Of a DNA stretch of 64,000 bases, positions 47,014 to 57,961 are shown piece by piece. Within the stretch, counting starts at the first letter, position 1, and each line of letters begins with the position of its first letter. The stretch is taken from positions 1,664,001-1,728,000 of the forward strand of contig CAXXMB010000002.1 of NCBI GenBank assembly GCA_963668675.2, written 5' to 3'. This DNA is from an uncultured Desulfatitalea sp. GTDB taxonomy: Bacteria; Desulfobacterota; Desulfobacteria; Desulfobacterales; Desulfosarcinaceae. The notes beneath the pieces are model-generated. The model was not told the DNA's origin and did not search any database. It was given only the letters and a program-made list of their open reading frames with translations. Position numbers and translations under genes: made by a program.

Positions 47014-48249
47014 CTAAAGCATTTCGATAAACGCATCGATCCTGGTCTCGATCTGGCTCTCGGCAAAGCTGCGCTCGTCCACCATGTCGGCCTCGATCAT
47101 CAGCGTCGGTATGCCCATCTTCTCCTGGATGATGCGCTGGATGTCATACTGGCCGAACGAGTAAGGCTTGCAGCTGCGGTTGGAGTGGAACACCACGCCG
47201 TCGGCCTCGTACTTCTCTACCATGCGAACGATGTTGTCGGCCATGATGTCGGTGCCGCTGTTGAGAAAGATGCGCGCATAGCTCTCGCCCATGAAGCCGA
47301 GAAAATCACTGCGGTCCACGAACGGCATCCAGCTGGTCCAGCCCGAGGTGTAGGTGTCGGCCACCAGGCAGGCCGAGCGCTCGATGAATTTATTCGACAG
47401 CCAGCGCAACCGATACCAGATCGGCAGGTTGTCCCACACCAGGCGATACTTCTCTTCGGGCAGCATACCGATGCCCTGGGCCACACGCTCCTTCATCTCG
47501 GCCAGCAGCATTTCGTAGTAGTCCACAGCCGTCTGGGTACCGCGCAGGGTCACGATCATGGCCAGATGGAAGAAGGCATCGAAGCAGGTCATGGGGGCCG
47601 GCCGGTTCATGGTCGTATCGAGAATCTCCTGCCACAGCTCCTGGCCGCGGATCGACAGATCGCCCACCACCTTCATTCGGTCGTAGTCGAATTTTTTACC
47701 GCACACCTCCTCCAGAAAGCGGATATACTCTTCGCTCTGGCGCGTGACGTAGCGGCGCATCTCGTCGTTGAACTCGGTGTGCGTGATGGGCGTGTCGAGG
47801 ATGAAGAGGGGCACGTTGTAGCGACGGGCCTGCACCTCGTACCACTTGAGCACGGTGCCGCAGATGTTGTTGCAGCAAATCAGCATGTCCGGGTCGGGCA
47901 GTCCGCCAATGGGGCCGCCGTTGACCTCGGAGCTGGCGATGTCGGCCCGGGCGTATGAGCACAAATCGCGCGGGTATCCCATCTCTTCGGCCCGTTCGCA
48001 CAGGTCGACGCCCATCTTGCTGGCCCCGATCATGGCGCCGTAATTCTCCGGATAGATGGGAATCACATCCATCGCGTGCAGCGGCTCGACCGGACCGCCG
48101 CTGGTGATCCAGGCGATGGGCTTGCCGCGCTCCTCCCGGGGCGTCTTGGCCTCCATGTAATATTCAGCCATGATTTCACGCATGCGGTTGTCGCATTTTA
48201 TCTTGCGGCGCTCCTTGTCAGGATCGACTGTCTTCTCTTCGGATGGCAT
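47014..48249 (-). CDS. 2-hydroxyacyl-CoA dehydratase subunit (HgdA/HadB-like)
   Basis: YPENY, DLCSYAR, P.PD, NNIC...KWYE, HSNRSCK, TRIDAF.E. Confidence 0.9.
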   Translation of the reverse strand: MPSEEKTVDPDKERRKIKCDNRMREIMAEYYMEAKTPREERGKPIAWITSGGPVEPLHAMDVIPIYPENYGAMIGASKMGVDLCERAEEMGYPRDLCSYARADIASSEVNGGPIGGLPDPDMLICCNNICGTVLKWYEVQARRYNVPLFILDTPITHTEFNDEMRRYVTRQSEEYIRFLEEVCGKKFDYDRMKVVGDLSIRGQELWQEILDTTMNRPAPMTCFDAFFHLAMIVTLRGTQTAVDYYEMLLAEMKERVAQGIGMLPEEKYRLVWDNLPIWYRLRWLSNKFIERSACLVADTYTSGWTSWMPFVDRSDFLGFMGESYARIFLNSGTDIMADNIVRMVEKYEADGVVFHSNRSCKPYSFGQYDIQRIIQEKMGIPTLMIEADMVDERSFAESQIETRIDAFIEML

Positions 48250-48304
48250 ATCAGCTCCAATAGAAGTCTAAGGTTTTGTGTCATTGTCTTTGATATCCAT
48301 TGCT

Positions 48305-48330
48305 CGGGCGGGGATAGACCCCGCCCCTAC
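48305..48330. repeat. GTAG-type REP palindrome
   Basis: Reverse complement gtaggggcggggtctatccccgcccg; same family as 12719. Confidence 0.7.
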
Positions 48331-48406
48331 AACAGCGATCACCATATAACTGTCAGAACACCTTCGCTTTCCGACTTTCATATGCCTCCCGCCGCATGGC
48401 GGGAGG

Positions 48407-49525
48407 CTATATCATCTCCAGAAATGCTTCACACCTTGTCCTCAACTGCCCTTCGGAAGAGAGCTGGTCTTCGATTTCGAACATGATGCTCGGAATGCCT
48501 TCCTTGTCGAGCATCTCCTTCATGTAGGGGTAGTCGAAGCCGTGCGGATCGCAGAACTTCAGGAAGAGAAAGATCACCCCGTCGGCACGGTTCTCTTTGA
48601 CCTTTTCCAACAGGTGCTCGCCGCGATTGAAGATGCCGGCGTGTTTTGCCGGGCAGACCACCCGCTCCCGGTATCGGGCCGCCAAGGCCTGAATCGGCTC
48701 CCGGGTCTCATCGACCAACCCCTCGAAGTAGCGCGATCCGGTGCAGAAATCATCCCACACCACCTGGCCGCCCGCCTCTTCCACCACCCGGTAAATATCG
48801 GGCATGCTGCACAGACCACCGCTGAAGACGAGCCGCTTGCCGGGAGTACTTTTCTCCTGTTTCGCCGCATCCAGGTGATTGACCAGGGACTCGAGCGCTT
48901 CGGCCAGTTCGGCACGGTCCATCACCAGAGCCGCCTTGAAAACGGCGTGCAGATCACTGCTGCTGATCGCCTGAGGATGGTCCCGGCGAATATCATAAAG
49001 TTTGCCCAGATACTGCCGCACCCGATTGCAAATGCGGATGGCCTCGGCAATCTTCGCGTCAGAGAGCGTGACGCCCAACCCCCGTTCGAGATCCTTCCTG
49101 AAGCGCTGCAATACGGCCACCATGTATTCGGCCGCACTCTCGGTGTCGAGCTTGACCGGCAGGATAATATCGGCATGGAAGCCGATACCGGCGTTCATGC
49201 GCCAGATGTCCGAAAGGCGCTGGATCGAATCGCAGGTGTGCGGAAAAACCGTACCGTCGAGGAACTCGAGCCGCCCGGCCAACGCGTCCTCCAGCGCCCC
49301 GCGCACCAGGCTGCAGCAATAGGCCTGCAGGTAGCTGTCGGCCCGGGCGATGTCGGCGCCGCTGCCCAGAATCCGGTACGGCAGGGCACCAGCGGCCACG
49401 ATCAGCTCCTGGGGAGTGTATGAGCAGAAGTTGCCCACCACCTTGCCGCCGGTACGCTCTTTCCATTGCCGGGCGTAGTCGGCCGGGTGCCGGCTGGTTT
49501 GTCGAAACAGTTGGAGAGGATCCAT
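48407..49525 (-). CDS. 2-hydroxyacyl-CoA dehydratase subunit (HgdB/HadC-like)
   Basis: Y.P.ELI.AAG..P, CCS, HTCD, DD.CTG.R, KFCDP, TR.EAF.E. Confidence 0.9.
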   Translation of the reverse strand: MDPLQLFRQTSRHPADYARQWKERTGGKVVGNFCSYTPQELIVAAGALPYRILGSGADIARADSYLQAYCCSLVRGALEDALAGRLEFLDGTVFPHTCDSIQRLSDIWRMNAGIGFHADIILPVKLDTESAAEYMVAVLQRFRKDLERGLGVTLSDAKIAEAIRICNRVRQYLGKLYDIRRDHPQAISSSDLHAVFKAALVMDRAELAEALESLVNHLDAAKQEKSTPGKRLVFSGGLCSMPDIYRVVEEAGGQVVWDDFCTGSRYFEGLVDETREPIQALAARYRERVVCPAKHAGIFNRGEHLLEKVKENRADGVIFLFLKFCDPHGFDYPYMKEMLDKEGIPSIMFEIEDQLSSEGQLRTRCEAFLEMI

Positions 49526-49615
49526 ATAAAAAACTCCTTCACGACAACATACTGTCGAAGTCTGGGTGCCGGATCGTGTCCGGCATCACGGATACAATGA
49601 TATCCTGGTTATCAA

Positions 49616-51337
<1,722 letters not shown>

Positions 51338-51380
51338 GCGACGACCTCCTTTGGATTTGGCCGGTGGTACCTGGCGGTTT

Positions 51381-51440
51381 AAAAACAAACCGATTGGTAT
51401 GTTTTTTTGAAATCCTCACCGATCTCCCTGAGTTTGTCAA
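51381..51440 (-). promoter_or_regulatory. Promoter with a palindromic TetR-type operator upstream of the CoA ligase
   Basis: Minus strand TTGACA-17 nt-GAGGAT followed by the near-palindrome aaaaacaaaccgattggtatgttttt (51381-51406). Confidence 0.6.
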
Positions 51441-51448
51441 CAGCCATT

Positions 51449-52111
51449 TCACTCGCACACGGGCGGCGGCTGGGGCGCTGCCTCTTCGAAAGCGCCTTCG
51501 CGCACGGCAACCAGCGGCGAGAGGATCTCGATCCACATCTCCCTCAGATCCCGATAATATTCGGGCTCATCGATGCTGACCGACTGAATGGCCATGCCCC
51601 GCATGGCGTAGAGGGTCAGGTTCATCAGCGCTTCGATCGGCACAGCGTCTACCTGTTTCGGCTGGAAATTGTCCCGCCAGAGCCGATCGAGGGCATCGAA
51701 AAAATCCCGAATGACCGGCTCGACATGGTCCTTTAGGTCACGATCGGTGCGGCAGGCCACATTGATTTCGAGCCAGATATCCCGGTAATCTCCCTGGTAG
51801 AAATTTTCCCAAACGAATTCGACCAGGGTTCTCAAAGGCGCATCACTGTCACTGAGCAGGGGGGCCAGTTCGCTCACCTTGTCGATGGGACCGGTCAGGA
51901 AGGACTCGGCCGCCGCCGCCACCAGATCGCGCTTGCTGCTGTAGTGGTGGCGCCATGCGCCCCGGGAGACGCCTGCCCGGTCAAGAATCTGGGAGATCGA
52001 GGTGCCGTGGTAGCCGCGCTGCTGGAGGCATGCGAGGGTCGCCGCGATCAATCGCCGCCGCATATCGCGACTCTTCTCTTCCTGTGTACGCTTGGTGGAC
52101 GTGCCGCTCAT
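51449..52111 (-). CDS. TetR/AcrR family transcriptional regulator
   Basis: A...L...GY..TS...I...AGVSRGA..HHY..K..L HTH; gaggag RBS. Confidence 0.93.
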   Translation of the reverse strand: MSGTSTKRTQEEKSRDMRRRLIAATLACLQQRGYHGTSISQILDRAGVSRGAWRHHYSSKRDLVAAAAESFLTGPIDKVSELAPLLSDSDAPLRTLVEFVWENFYQGDYRDIWLEINVACRTDRDLKDHVEPVIRDFFDALDRLWRDNFQPKQVDAVPIEALMNLTLYAMRGMAIQSVSIDEPEYYRDLREMWIEILSPLVAVREGAFEEAAPQPPPVCE

Positions 52112-52294
52112 ACCCATCTCCTCGAAATATTTCCCCGTCAACCTTCCGATTCATATCACAGGCGAACGACAGGAAGAAACCCCGGCGTGCGCAACCAACA
52201 CCCGGCCATTGCCCGGCTATTGAAAAATGACGCCGGTTTGCATACGTTGAGCCGAGCTTATACTGTTTCCAGTCATTGCAAAGGAGAGCGCATC

Positions 52295-54037
52295 ATGGAA
52301 CCCAATGGCGGCAGTGTGATTGCCGGTGTGTTGAAAGATCGTGGGGTCGGACATCTGTTTACGCTGTGCGGCGGACATATTTCTCCAATTCTGGTCGGCT
52401 GTAAAAACGAAGGCATCCGTGTGGTCGATGTGCGCGACGAGGCCACGGCTGTCTTCGCCGCCGACGCCATGGCGCGGCTGACCGGCACCCCCGGGGTGGC
52501 GGCGGTCACGGCCGGACCAGGCGTCACCAACTCCATCACGGCACTTAAGAACGCCCAGATGGCCCAATCGCCGGTCGTCCTGCTCGGCGGCGCGGCGGCC
52601 ACGGTGATCCGGGGCCGCGGTTCGCTCCAGGACATCGACCAGATCTCACTGGTCAAATCGATCTGCAAAATCGCCGTCACCATCAACCAGAACTGCGACA
52701 TCGTCCCGGTGCTCGAACACGCCTTGCGGGTTTCCCGCTCGGATGTGCCCGGCCCGGTCTTCGTCGAGTGCCCCATCGACCTGCTTTACAGTGAATCGCT
52801 GGTGCGGCAGTGGTATGGTGCCAAATCGGGTGCATCGGCACCGGAAGGCATCAAAAGCAAACTGTTCCAGTTCTACCTGGACCGCCATGTGGACCGCATG
52901 TTCATGTGCGATTTCGACACCATGGAGCCGATACCGATGGAGGTCACCGGTCCGGAGATCAAGCGCGGCAAAATAGCGTCGGCCGCCAAAACCCTTGCCG
53001 GAGCCCGGCGACCGGTGGTGATCGTCGGCAGCCAAGCCATGCTGCATCCCGACAATACGCAGCAACTGGCGTCGGCAATCGAACGGCTGCAGGCACCGGT
53101 CTACCTGACCGGCATGGCACGCGGCCTGATGGGGCCGGACCATCTGCTGCACCTGCGCCACCACCGCACTGACGCCCTCAAAGCGGCCGACGTGGTCATC
53201 CTGGCCGGCATGCCGTGCGACTTTCGCCTCAACTACGGACGCTCGATCAACCCCAAGGCAAAATTGATATCCATCAACCGCAGCAAAAGCGACTTGAATC
53301 TCAACCGCAAACCCAGCGTCGCCATACACAGCGATCCGCTGGAGGCAATGTGTGAGCTGGCCCAGGCCGCAGAGCTGCCAAAAGAAAAATGGTCGGAATG
53401 GCGCGACACCCTGCGCGACAGGGAGCGGCAGCGCGAAGAGCGCATCGATGCCTTGTCCCGAACTGCCACCGAAGGGATCAATCCCATCGCCTTCCTGAAG
53501 GCCCTGGACGGCATGCTCGATGCGAACAGCGTGCTGGTGGCCGATGGCGGCGACTTCGTGGCCACCGCCGCCTACACCCTGCGCCCGAGAAAGCCGCTGG
53601 GCTGGCTCGATCCGGGACCTTTCGGCACCCTCGGGGTCGGCGCCGGCTTCGCCCTGGGGGCGCAGTTGTGCAGGCCGGAGGGTGACGTGTGGCTGCTTTA
53701 CGGCGACGGCGCCGCCGGTTACAGTCTGCAGGAGTTCGACACCTTCGTCCGCCACCGGATACCCGTCATCGCCGTGGTGGGCAACGACGCCGCCTGGGCC
53801 CAGATCGCCCGGGACCAGGTGAAGGTGCTGGAGGACGATGTGGGCACGACGCTTCTGCCCACCGATTACCACCGGGTTGTCGAAGGGTATGGCGGCAAGG
53901 GCTTCATCATTCAACGCGCCGAAGAGATTGAAGGGACGCTACGAGACGCCCGGGAGGCCGCCCGGAAGGGGCAGCCGGTTCTGATCAATGTGCGCATCGG
54001 CAAAACCGACTTCCGGGAAGGTTCCATATCGATGTAG
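52295..54037 (+). CDS. ThDP-dependent enzyme, ILVBL/HACL2-like (putative 2-hydroxyacyl-CoA lyase)
   Basis: FTLCGGHISPIL, catalytic Glu (RDE), TAGPGVTN, KNAQMAQSP, DGGDFV.TA.Y, WLDPG.FGTLG, GDG..N motif, C-terminus GKTDFREGSISM. Confidence 0.85.
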   Translation: MEPNGGSVIAGVLKDRGVGHLFTLCGGHISPILVGCKNEGIRVVDVRDEATAVFAADAMARLTGTPGVAAVTAGPGVTNSITALKNAQMAQSPVVLLGGAAATVIRGRGSLQDIDQISLVKSICKIAVTINQNCDIVPVLEHALRVSRSDVPGPVFVECPIDLLYSESLVRQWYGAKSGASAPEGIKSKLFQFYLDRHVDRMFMCDFDTMEPIPMEVTGPEIKRGKIASAAKTLAGARRPVVIVGSQAMLHPDNTQQLASAIERLQAPVYLTGMARGLMGPDHLLHLRHHRTDALKAADVVILAGMPCDFRLNYGRSINPKAKLISINRSKSDLNLNRKPSVAIHSDPLEAMCELAQAAELPKEKWSEWRDTLRDRERQREERIDALSRTATEGINPIAFLKALDGMLDANSVLVADGGDFVATAAYTLRPRKPLGWLDPGPFGTLGVGAGFALGAQLCRPEGDVWLLYGDGAAGYSLQEFDTFVRHRIPVIAVVGNDAAWAQIARDQVKVLEDDVGTTLLPTDYHRVVEGYGGKGFIIQRAEEIEGTLRDAREAARKGQPVLINVRIGKTDFREGSISM

Positions 54038-54069
54038 GGGTCAATCATAGAGAGAGTTTGAAGGGGCAT

Positions 54070-54459
54070 CTACTCCTTGCGGATCGCAATGCATTTGACC
54101 TCCACCAGACCGTTCTTGGGCAGGGTTTTGACGGCCACAACGGCCCGGGCCGGTTTGTGGTCACCGAAGAAACCTTGATAAATACGGTTAAATTCAAGGA
54201 AGTTGGCCATGTCTGCCAGAAAGACATCCACGGCGGCCACATCGGTCAACTGACATCCGCCGGCCTTCAGGATAGCCTGAAGGTTGGCCAACGCCTGGTG
54301 GGCCTGGGCGTCGAAATCATCCCCGACAAACTCACCGCTCTTGGGATCCAGCCCCAACTGGCCGCTGACAAAAACCATATTCCCGCCGGTTCGCCCCTGA
54401 GAGTAAGGCCCGATGGCTGCCGGCGCTCCGGCGGTTTCAATCTGTGTGGTTGAAGGCAT
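54070..54459 (-). CDS. ridA: RidA/YjgF enamine deaminase
   Basis: APAAIGPYSQG, SGQL, F..FN..Y..FF, PAR, LP...LVE. Confidence 0.92.
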   Translation of the reverse strand: MPSTTQIETAGAPAAIGPYSQGRTGGNMVFVSGQLGLDPKSGEFVGDDFDAQAHQALANLQAILKAGGCQLTDVAAVDVFLADMANFLEFNRIYQGFFGDHKPARAVVAVKTLPKNGLVEVKCIAIRKE

Positions 54460-54501
54460 CTTGTTTCTCCTCTCTTGTCTTGAGGTATCGGGAGTAGCGG
54501 T

Positions 54502-54846
54502 TCAGCAGGTGAGATGGAAGCAGGCCGCCACACGCTCATGCTCTCGGTGCAACGCGTTGAACCTCCGGGCGGCCGCTTCGGTCCGGTCGGTGATCAGCGC
54601 GATACCCTTCTCTACAAGCGCCGCCTCTAAGCCGGAATCCGCCTTCATCTGGCCGTAGATCCCCATGCCGGCCACGATCAAGCGAGGCGTCGCGACGATG
54701 AGGGGTTTGATATCCTCAAGCGTCAGCCGATGACCCGATGCCCGCCACCACTGATCCGCCACACGACCATCCGGAAAGATCATCAGGTCGGAGGTGTACT
54801 TGCGACCATCGACGGTCATGACACCAAATGAGCAGCTCTCGATCAT
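54502..54846 (-). CDS. Mth938/DUF498-like protein
   Basis: FG...DG..Y..D..I.PDG, WW...H.L, G.G..G, T..A...FN, FHLTC. Confidence 0.85.
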   Translation of the reverse strand: MIESCSFGVMTVDGRKYTSDLMIFPDGRVADQWWRASGHRLTLEDIKPLIVATPRLIVAGMGIYGQMKADSGLEAALVEKGIALITDRTEAAARRFNALHREHERVAACFHLTC

Positions 54847-55308
54847 GCCAACACCTTCATGCTAAACTCCCCGCGAATCCGGAGTCTAAATGTTATACAG
54901 GTAATGGCCCACCTTGCAACCCTCGAGCGCCGACGGCTTGGTCGGTTTCTGGGCCATCTCATGCCGTCCCACGCCATAGAGCATCTTGTCGACCCAGCGC
55001 GGCAGCATAATGGCCGCCAACGGCCTGAGTACATCCTTCACATAACGACGCGTCGAATCCGCCGTAACCATGAAGATCTCGTTGTCCTTGAATTTTTGAC
55101 CCAGGGCAATGATCCGATTGGATAAGATGCAGCCTAAACGACCGTAAGAAACGTCATGAAAGGCATCAAATGGCCAAACGGTTTGATTTTAAAGGCAGTT
55201 TATGGTTTAGAATTCAACTTTCGGGTTTCAAGATCCGGCGAGTACAGCAGGTGATCAGCACCCGAGACAATCGGATTCAAACAAACAGAGGCCCTGCTAT
55301 TCAATCGC

Positions 55309-55776
55309 ATGGAAATAGACAGATACAAAAAAGTGTTTGGAGTAGGTCCGTCGGGCGCGATTATTAGCCTGGTGCTCTTCGCAATCGCCTGGTGGGTGGA
55401 CCGGGCCCTCGGCCACCTCACCATTACTATCCATTCAGGCGTGACAAATGTGGCCGCCGCAATTCTTATCACAACAGGAGCTGCGCTCCATGTGTGGACG
55501 TTTATAACCCTGAAAAAGTGGTGGTCGAATAGTCGACTGTGTGCGGGTGGACCGTTCCGATGGTTCCGCCATCCGATGTACGCGGCCTGGATTACCTTCA
55601 TCACGTTGGGGGTCGGCTTCCTTTTGAATTCATGGGTATTTGTGGTGTGGTATCTACTGTTGCACCCCATCTGGCACAAGCTTGTCATAAAAGAAGAGAT
55701 GATGATGGCGGATCATTTCGGTGACGCGTATCGGCAATATAGGGTAAGAACAGGCCGCTTTTTTCCAAAATTTTAA
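55309..55776 (+). CDS. Isoprenylcysteine carboxyl methyltransferase/PEMT family membrane protein
   Basis: GPF.W.RHPMY, EE......FG..Y..Y...T.RF.P. Confidence 0.88.
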   Translation: MEIDRYKKVFGVGPSGAIISLVLFAIAWWVDRALGHLTITIHSGVTNVAAAILITTGAALHVWTFITLKKWWSNSRLCAGGPFRWFRHPMYAAWITFITLGVGFLLNSWVFVVWYLLLHPIWHKLVIKEEMMMADHFGDAYRQYRVRTGRFFPKF

Positions 55777-55838
55777 ATCCCGATCTACTGGCAGCATGAA
55801 GCGGCGGGGCAGAAATAACTGAGATTTCGGAGGAGACA

Positions 55839-56294
55839 ATGCGGAAGTGTTTGATACTTGGCGTAGCAATGATGGTCATGCTGTCGGGCACTTCATGGGC
55901 CCTCGATGACACGCCGGAGAACAGGGCCAGGCAAGCCGATCGCTATCTGGCGGCGACACCGCCCCGGGAGATGATTCGGGATGCGACGGAACAGATCTCC
56001 CGAAGCATTCCCCAGGAGCAGCGGCAGCAATTCAAGGATCTCATGAACACGCATCTGGACATCGGCGTTTTGGAAGCATCCATGAAGCGGGCCTTGGCCA
56101 AACACTTCTCTGCAGATGAGCTCAAGGCCCTGGCCGACTTTTACGGCTCTTCGGTCGGCAGATCGGCGATGAAGAAGTTTGGCGTCTATATGGCAGATGT
56201 CATGCCGGTGATCCAAAACGAGTTGATGAGAGCCCAGGCAAAAGCCGATCTGGAACTTAACATGCCATCCGCACACGGAAAAAAGCATGAGTGA
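55839..56294 (+). CDS. DUF2059 family exported protein
   Basis: Signal peptide, HFS.DEL.AL..FY.S..G. Confidence 0.8.
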   Translation: MRKCLILGVAMMVMLSGTSWALDDTPENRARQADRYLAATPPREMIRDATEQISRSIPQEQRQQFKDLMNTHLDIGVLEASMKRALAKHFSADELKALADFYGSSVGRSAMKKFGVYMADVMPVIQNELMRAQAKADLELNMPSAHGKKHE

Positions 56295-56323
56295 AGGCAT
56301 CCGTATCTTCCGCCGGATTGAAA

Positions 56324-56981
56324 ATGATCAGAGGTCTCTTTTTCCGCTTTTTTATGGTTTGTGGCCATCCTGCTTGCCATGGCCCAGATGGCGGGCGCCG
56401 ATACAATAGCGAATTTCGTTACAGCGGCGCGCTGGCAGGTTGGCAAAACAGTGAGGTACGACGGCAGCTACCAGGCGCTGGACTACCCCAACGGCGATGT
56501 GCCTCTGGACCGCGGGGTTTGTACGGATGTGGTGATCCGGGCCATGCGGTCCGCCTTTGGCTTCGATCTTCAAAAACGTGTTCACAAGGATATGAAGGGG
56601 CATTTTTCCATCTATCCCCAGCAGTGGGGATTGGCCGCCCCGGACAGCAACATCGATCACCGGAGAGTGCCCAACCTGGAGACATTTTTCAAGCGGCAGG
56701 GATGGTCCTTGCCGGTTTCGGAAAGCGTGCAAGACTACCTGCCGGGTGACATCGTCACCTGCATCGTACCGCCCCGCCTCCCGCACATCATGGTGGTAAG
56801 CGACAGCAAAAACAGGCGCGGTGTTCCGTTGATCATTCACAACATAGGGGCAGGAGTGCGGGAAGAAGATCGCCTCTTCGAGTTCGAACTGAGCGGCCAC
56901 TTCAGAATCAACATTCCTGATCAGACCGGCACTGCAGCTGCAGCATCGGGCCGCCGTCACACAAACCCCGCCATCGATTAA
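56324..56981 (+). CDS. DUF1287 (YijF-like) protein with an apparent frameshift in its signal peptide
   Basis: YD.SY....YP.GDVP...GVCTDVVIRA, D.NIDHRRVPNL, PGDIV, HNIG.G; the in-frame ORF starts at 56361, while ATG 56324 is out of frame by one base. Confidence 0.8.
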
Positions 56982-57121
56982 GCCGACGGTCCACCACGGT
57001 ACCGGCCACAAAGGCTATCCGAAAAGAGACAGGCGCATCGTTCTACGGACCACCCCAAACGACTACGGGAACCGCCGACAACACGCCGTCTGCAAGCATC
57101 TTCGCAGCCTTGTTAACAATT

Positions 57122-57700
57122 TCAGTTGGTCATCATCCGGTTGATGGCAATCTTATGGGTCTTTCCGTAGGCCATGATCGCTTCGGGTTGAAAACCACCG
57201 GCCAGGTATAGGTTTAAAAAGGCCGGCGTCTCCAGCATGTGAAGGATATAAGAGAGGTGGCCCGAATAGCCCGTGTCGTCCAGTGCCTGAAGGCGGCCAA
57301 TGGACTCATCGGCCATCTCCATCACCTGCCGGTGGAGCACCGGGGACTGCTCCGGGCCGCATCGTTTGAGTGAATAGATCCGCCGGCAGGCAAACGGCCG
57401 GAGGTCGTATATGCGACAGGCCATGTTCTTTAGCAGAAATGGGCAGGGTGACTTTCGGCCCATTTCTCGCTGGCGGGCGTCCTTGGTCAGGGCCTTCTTC
57501 AGGGCGCTCTGTTGGGGCCGCGGCAGTTGAGCGACGTGGTTGCGAATCCGCACTCCCTCCAGGGTGGTGATGTCGATGCTGCCGGCATCGGTACAGCAGA
57601 AGGCACACCCTTTTGCGCACGTGGCAGCTTCTCTGAAGGGAGCCGTCCGCTCCTCGAATCGGTCGTAGATCACTTGTACAGCGTTGAATCTGGTTTCCAT
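57122..57700 (-). CDS. YkgJ-family CxxxCxxCC cysteine-cluster protein
   Basis: CAKGCAFCC, CPFL, C.IY..RP..CR. Confidence 0.85.
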   Translation of the reverse strand: METRFNAVQVIYDRFEERTAPFREAATCAKGCAFCCTDAGSIDITTLEGVRIRNHVAQLPRPQQSALKKALTKDARQREMGRKSPCPFLLKNMACRIYDLRPFACRRIYSLKRCGPEQSPVLHRQVMEMADESIGRLQALDDTGYSGHLSYILHMLETPAFLNLYLAGGFQPEAIMAYGKTHKIAINRMMTN

Positions 57701-57961
57701 GGAAGTTCCGTAGGTGGCCCGTTTAAGCTCCAGACAGCAGTTTACGCAACAAAGCAGCCAGCACACTGACAATATTCGCGTCCCTGATGATGGTCTGGAT
57801 CACACGGTTATGAGCAGCGTACTGGCACCAGGAAGGCCTGGAGCAGATTGCTTTCAAATCACCCGACGCAAGGTGTGAGGGGTATCATCAGATCTATCCA
57901 ACTCTCTTCTCGGTTGTCAATGATTCCCTACCGCGCTGCGTGGCCCAGCAACGGTGCGCTC

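Noticed and set aside
46059..49525. Class I benzoyl-CoA reductase BcrABCD
   Set aside because: Only one HgdC-type activator and no ring-cleavage (dch/had/oah) genes in the window; not fully excluded without a phylogeny
51944..52294. 117-aa N-terminal extension of the ThDP enzyme in the ORF track
   Set aside because: Overlaps tetR on the other strand; a good RBS and family similarity begin at ATG 52295
54886..55170. Short minus-strand ORF with an IFMVTADST segment resembling a receiver-domain fragment
   Set aside because: Too short and lacks the other receiver motifs; cannot be supported
55309..56981. Integron cassette array (three short co-oriented genes)
   Set aside because: No attC-like RYYYAAC..GTTRRRY palindromes and no integrase seen
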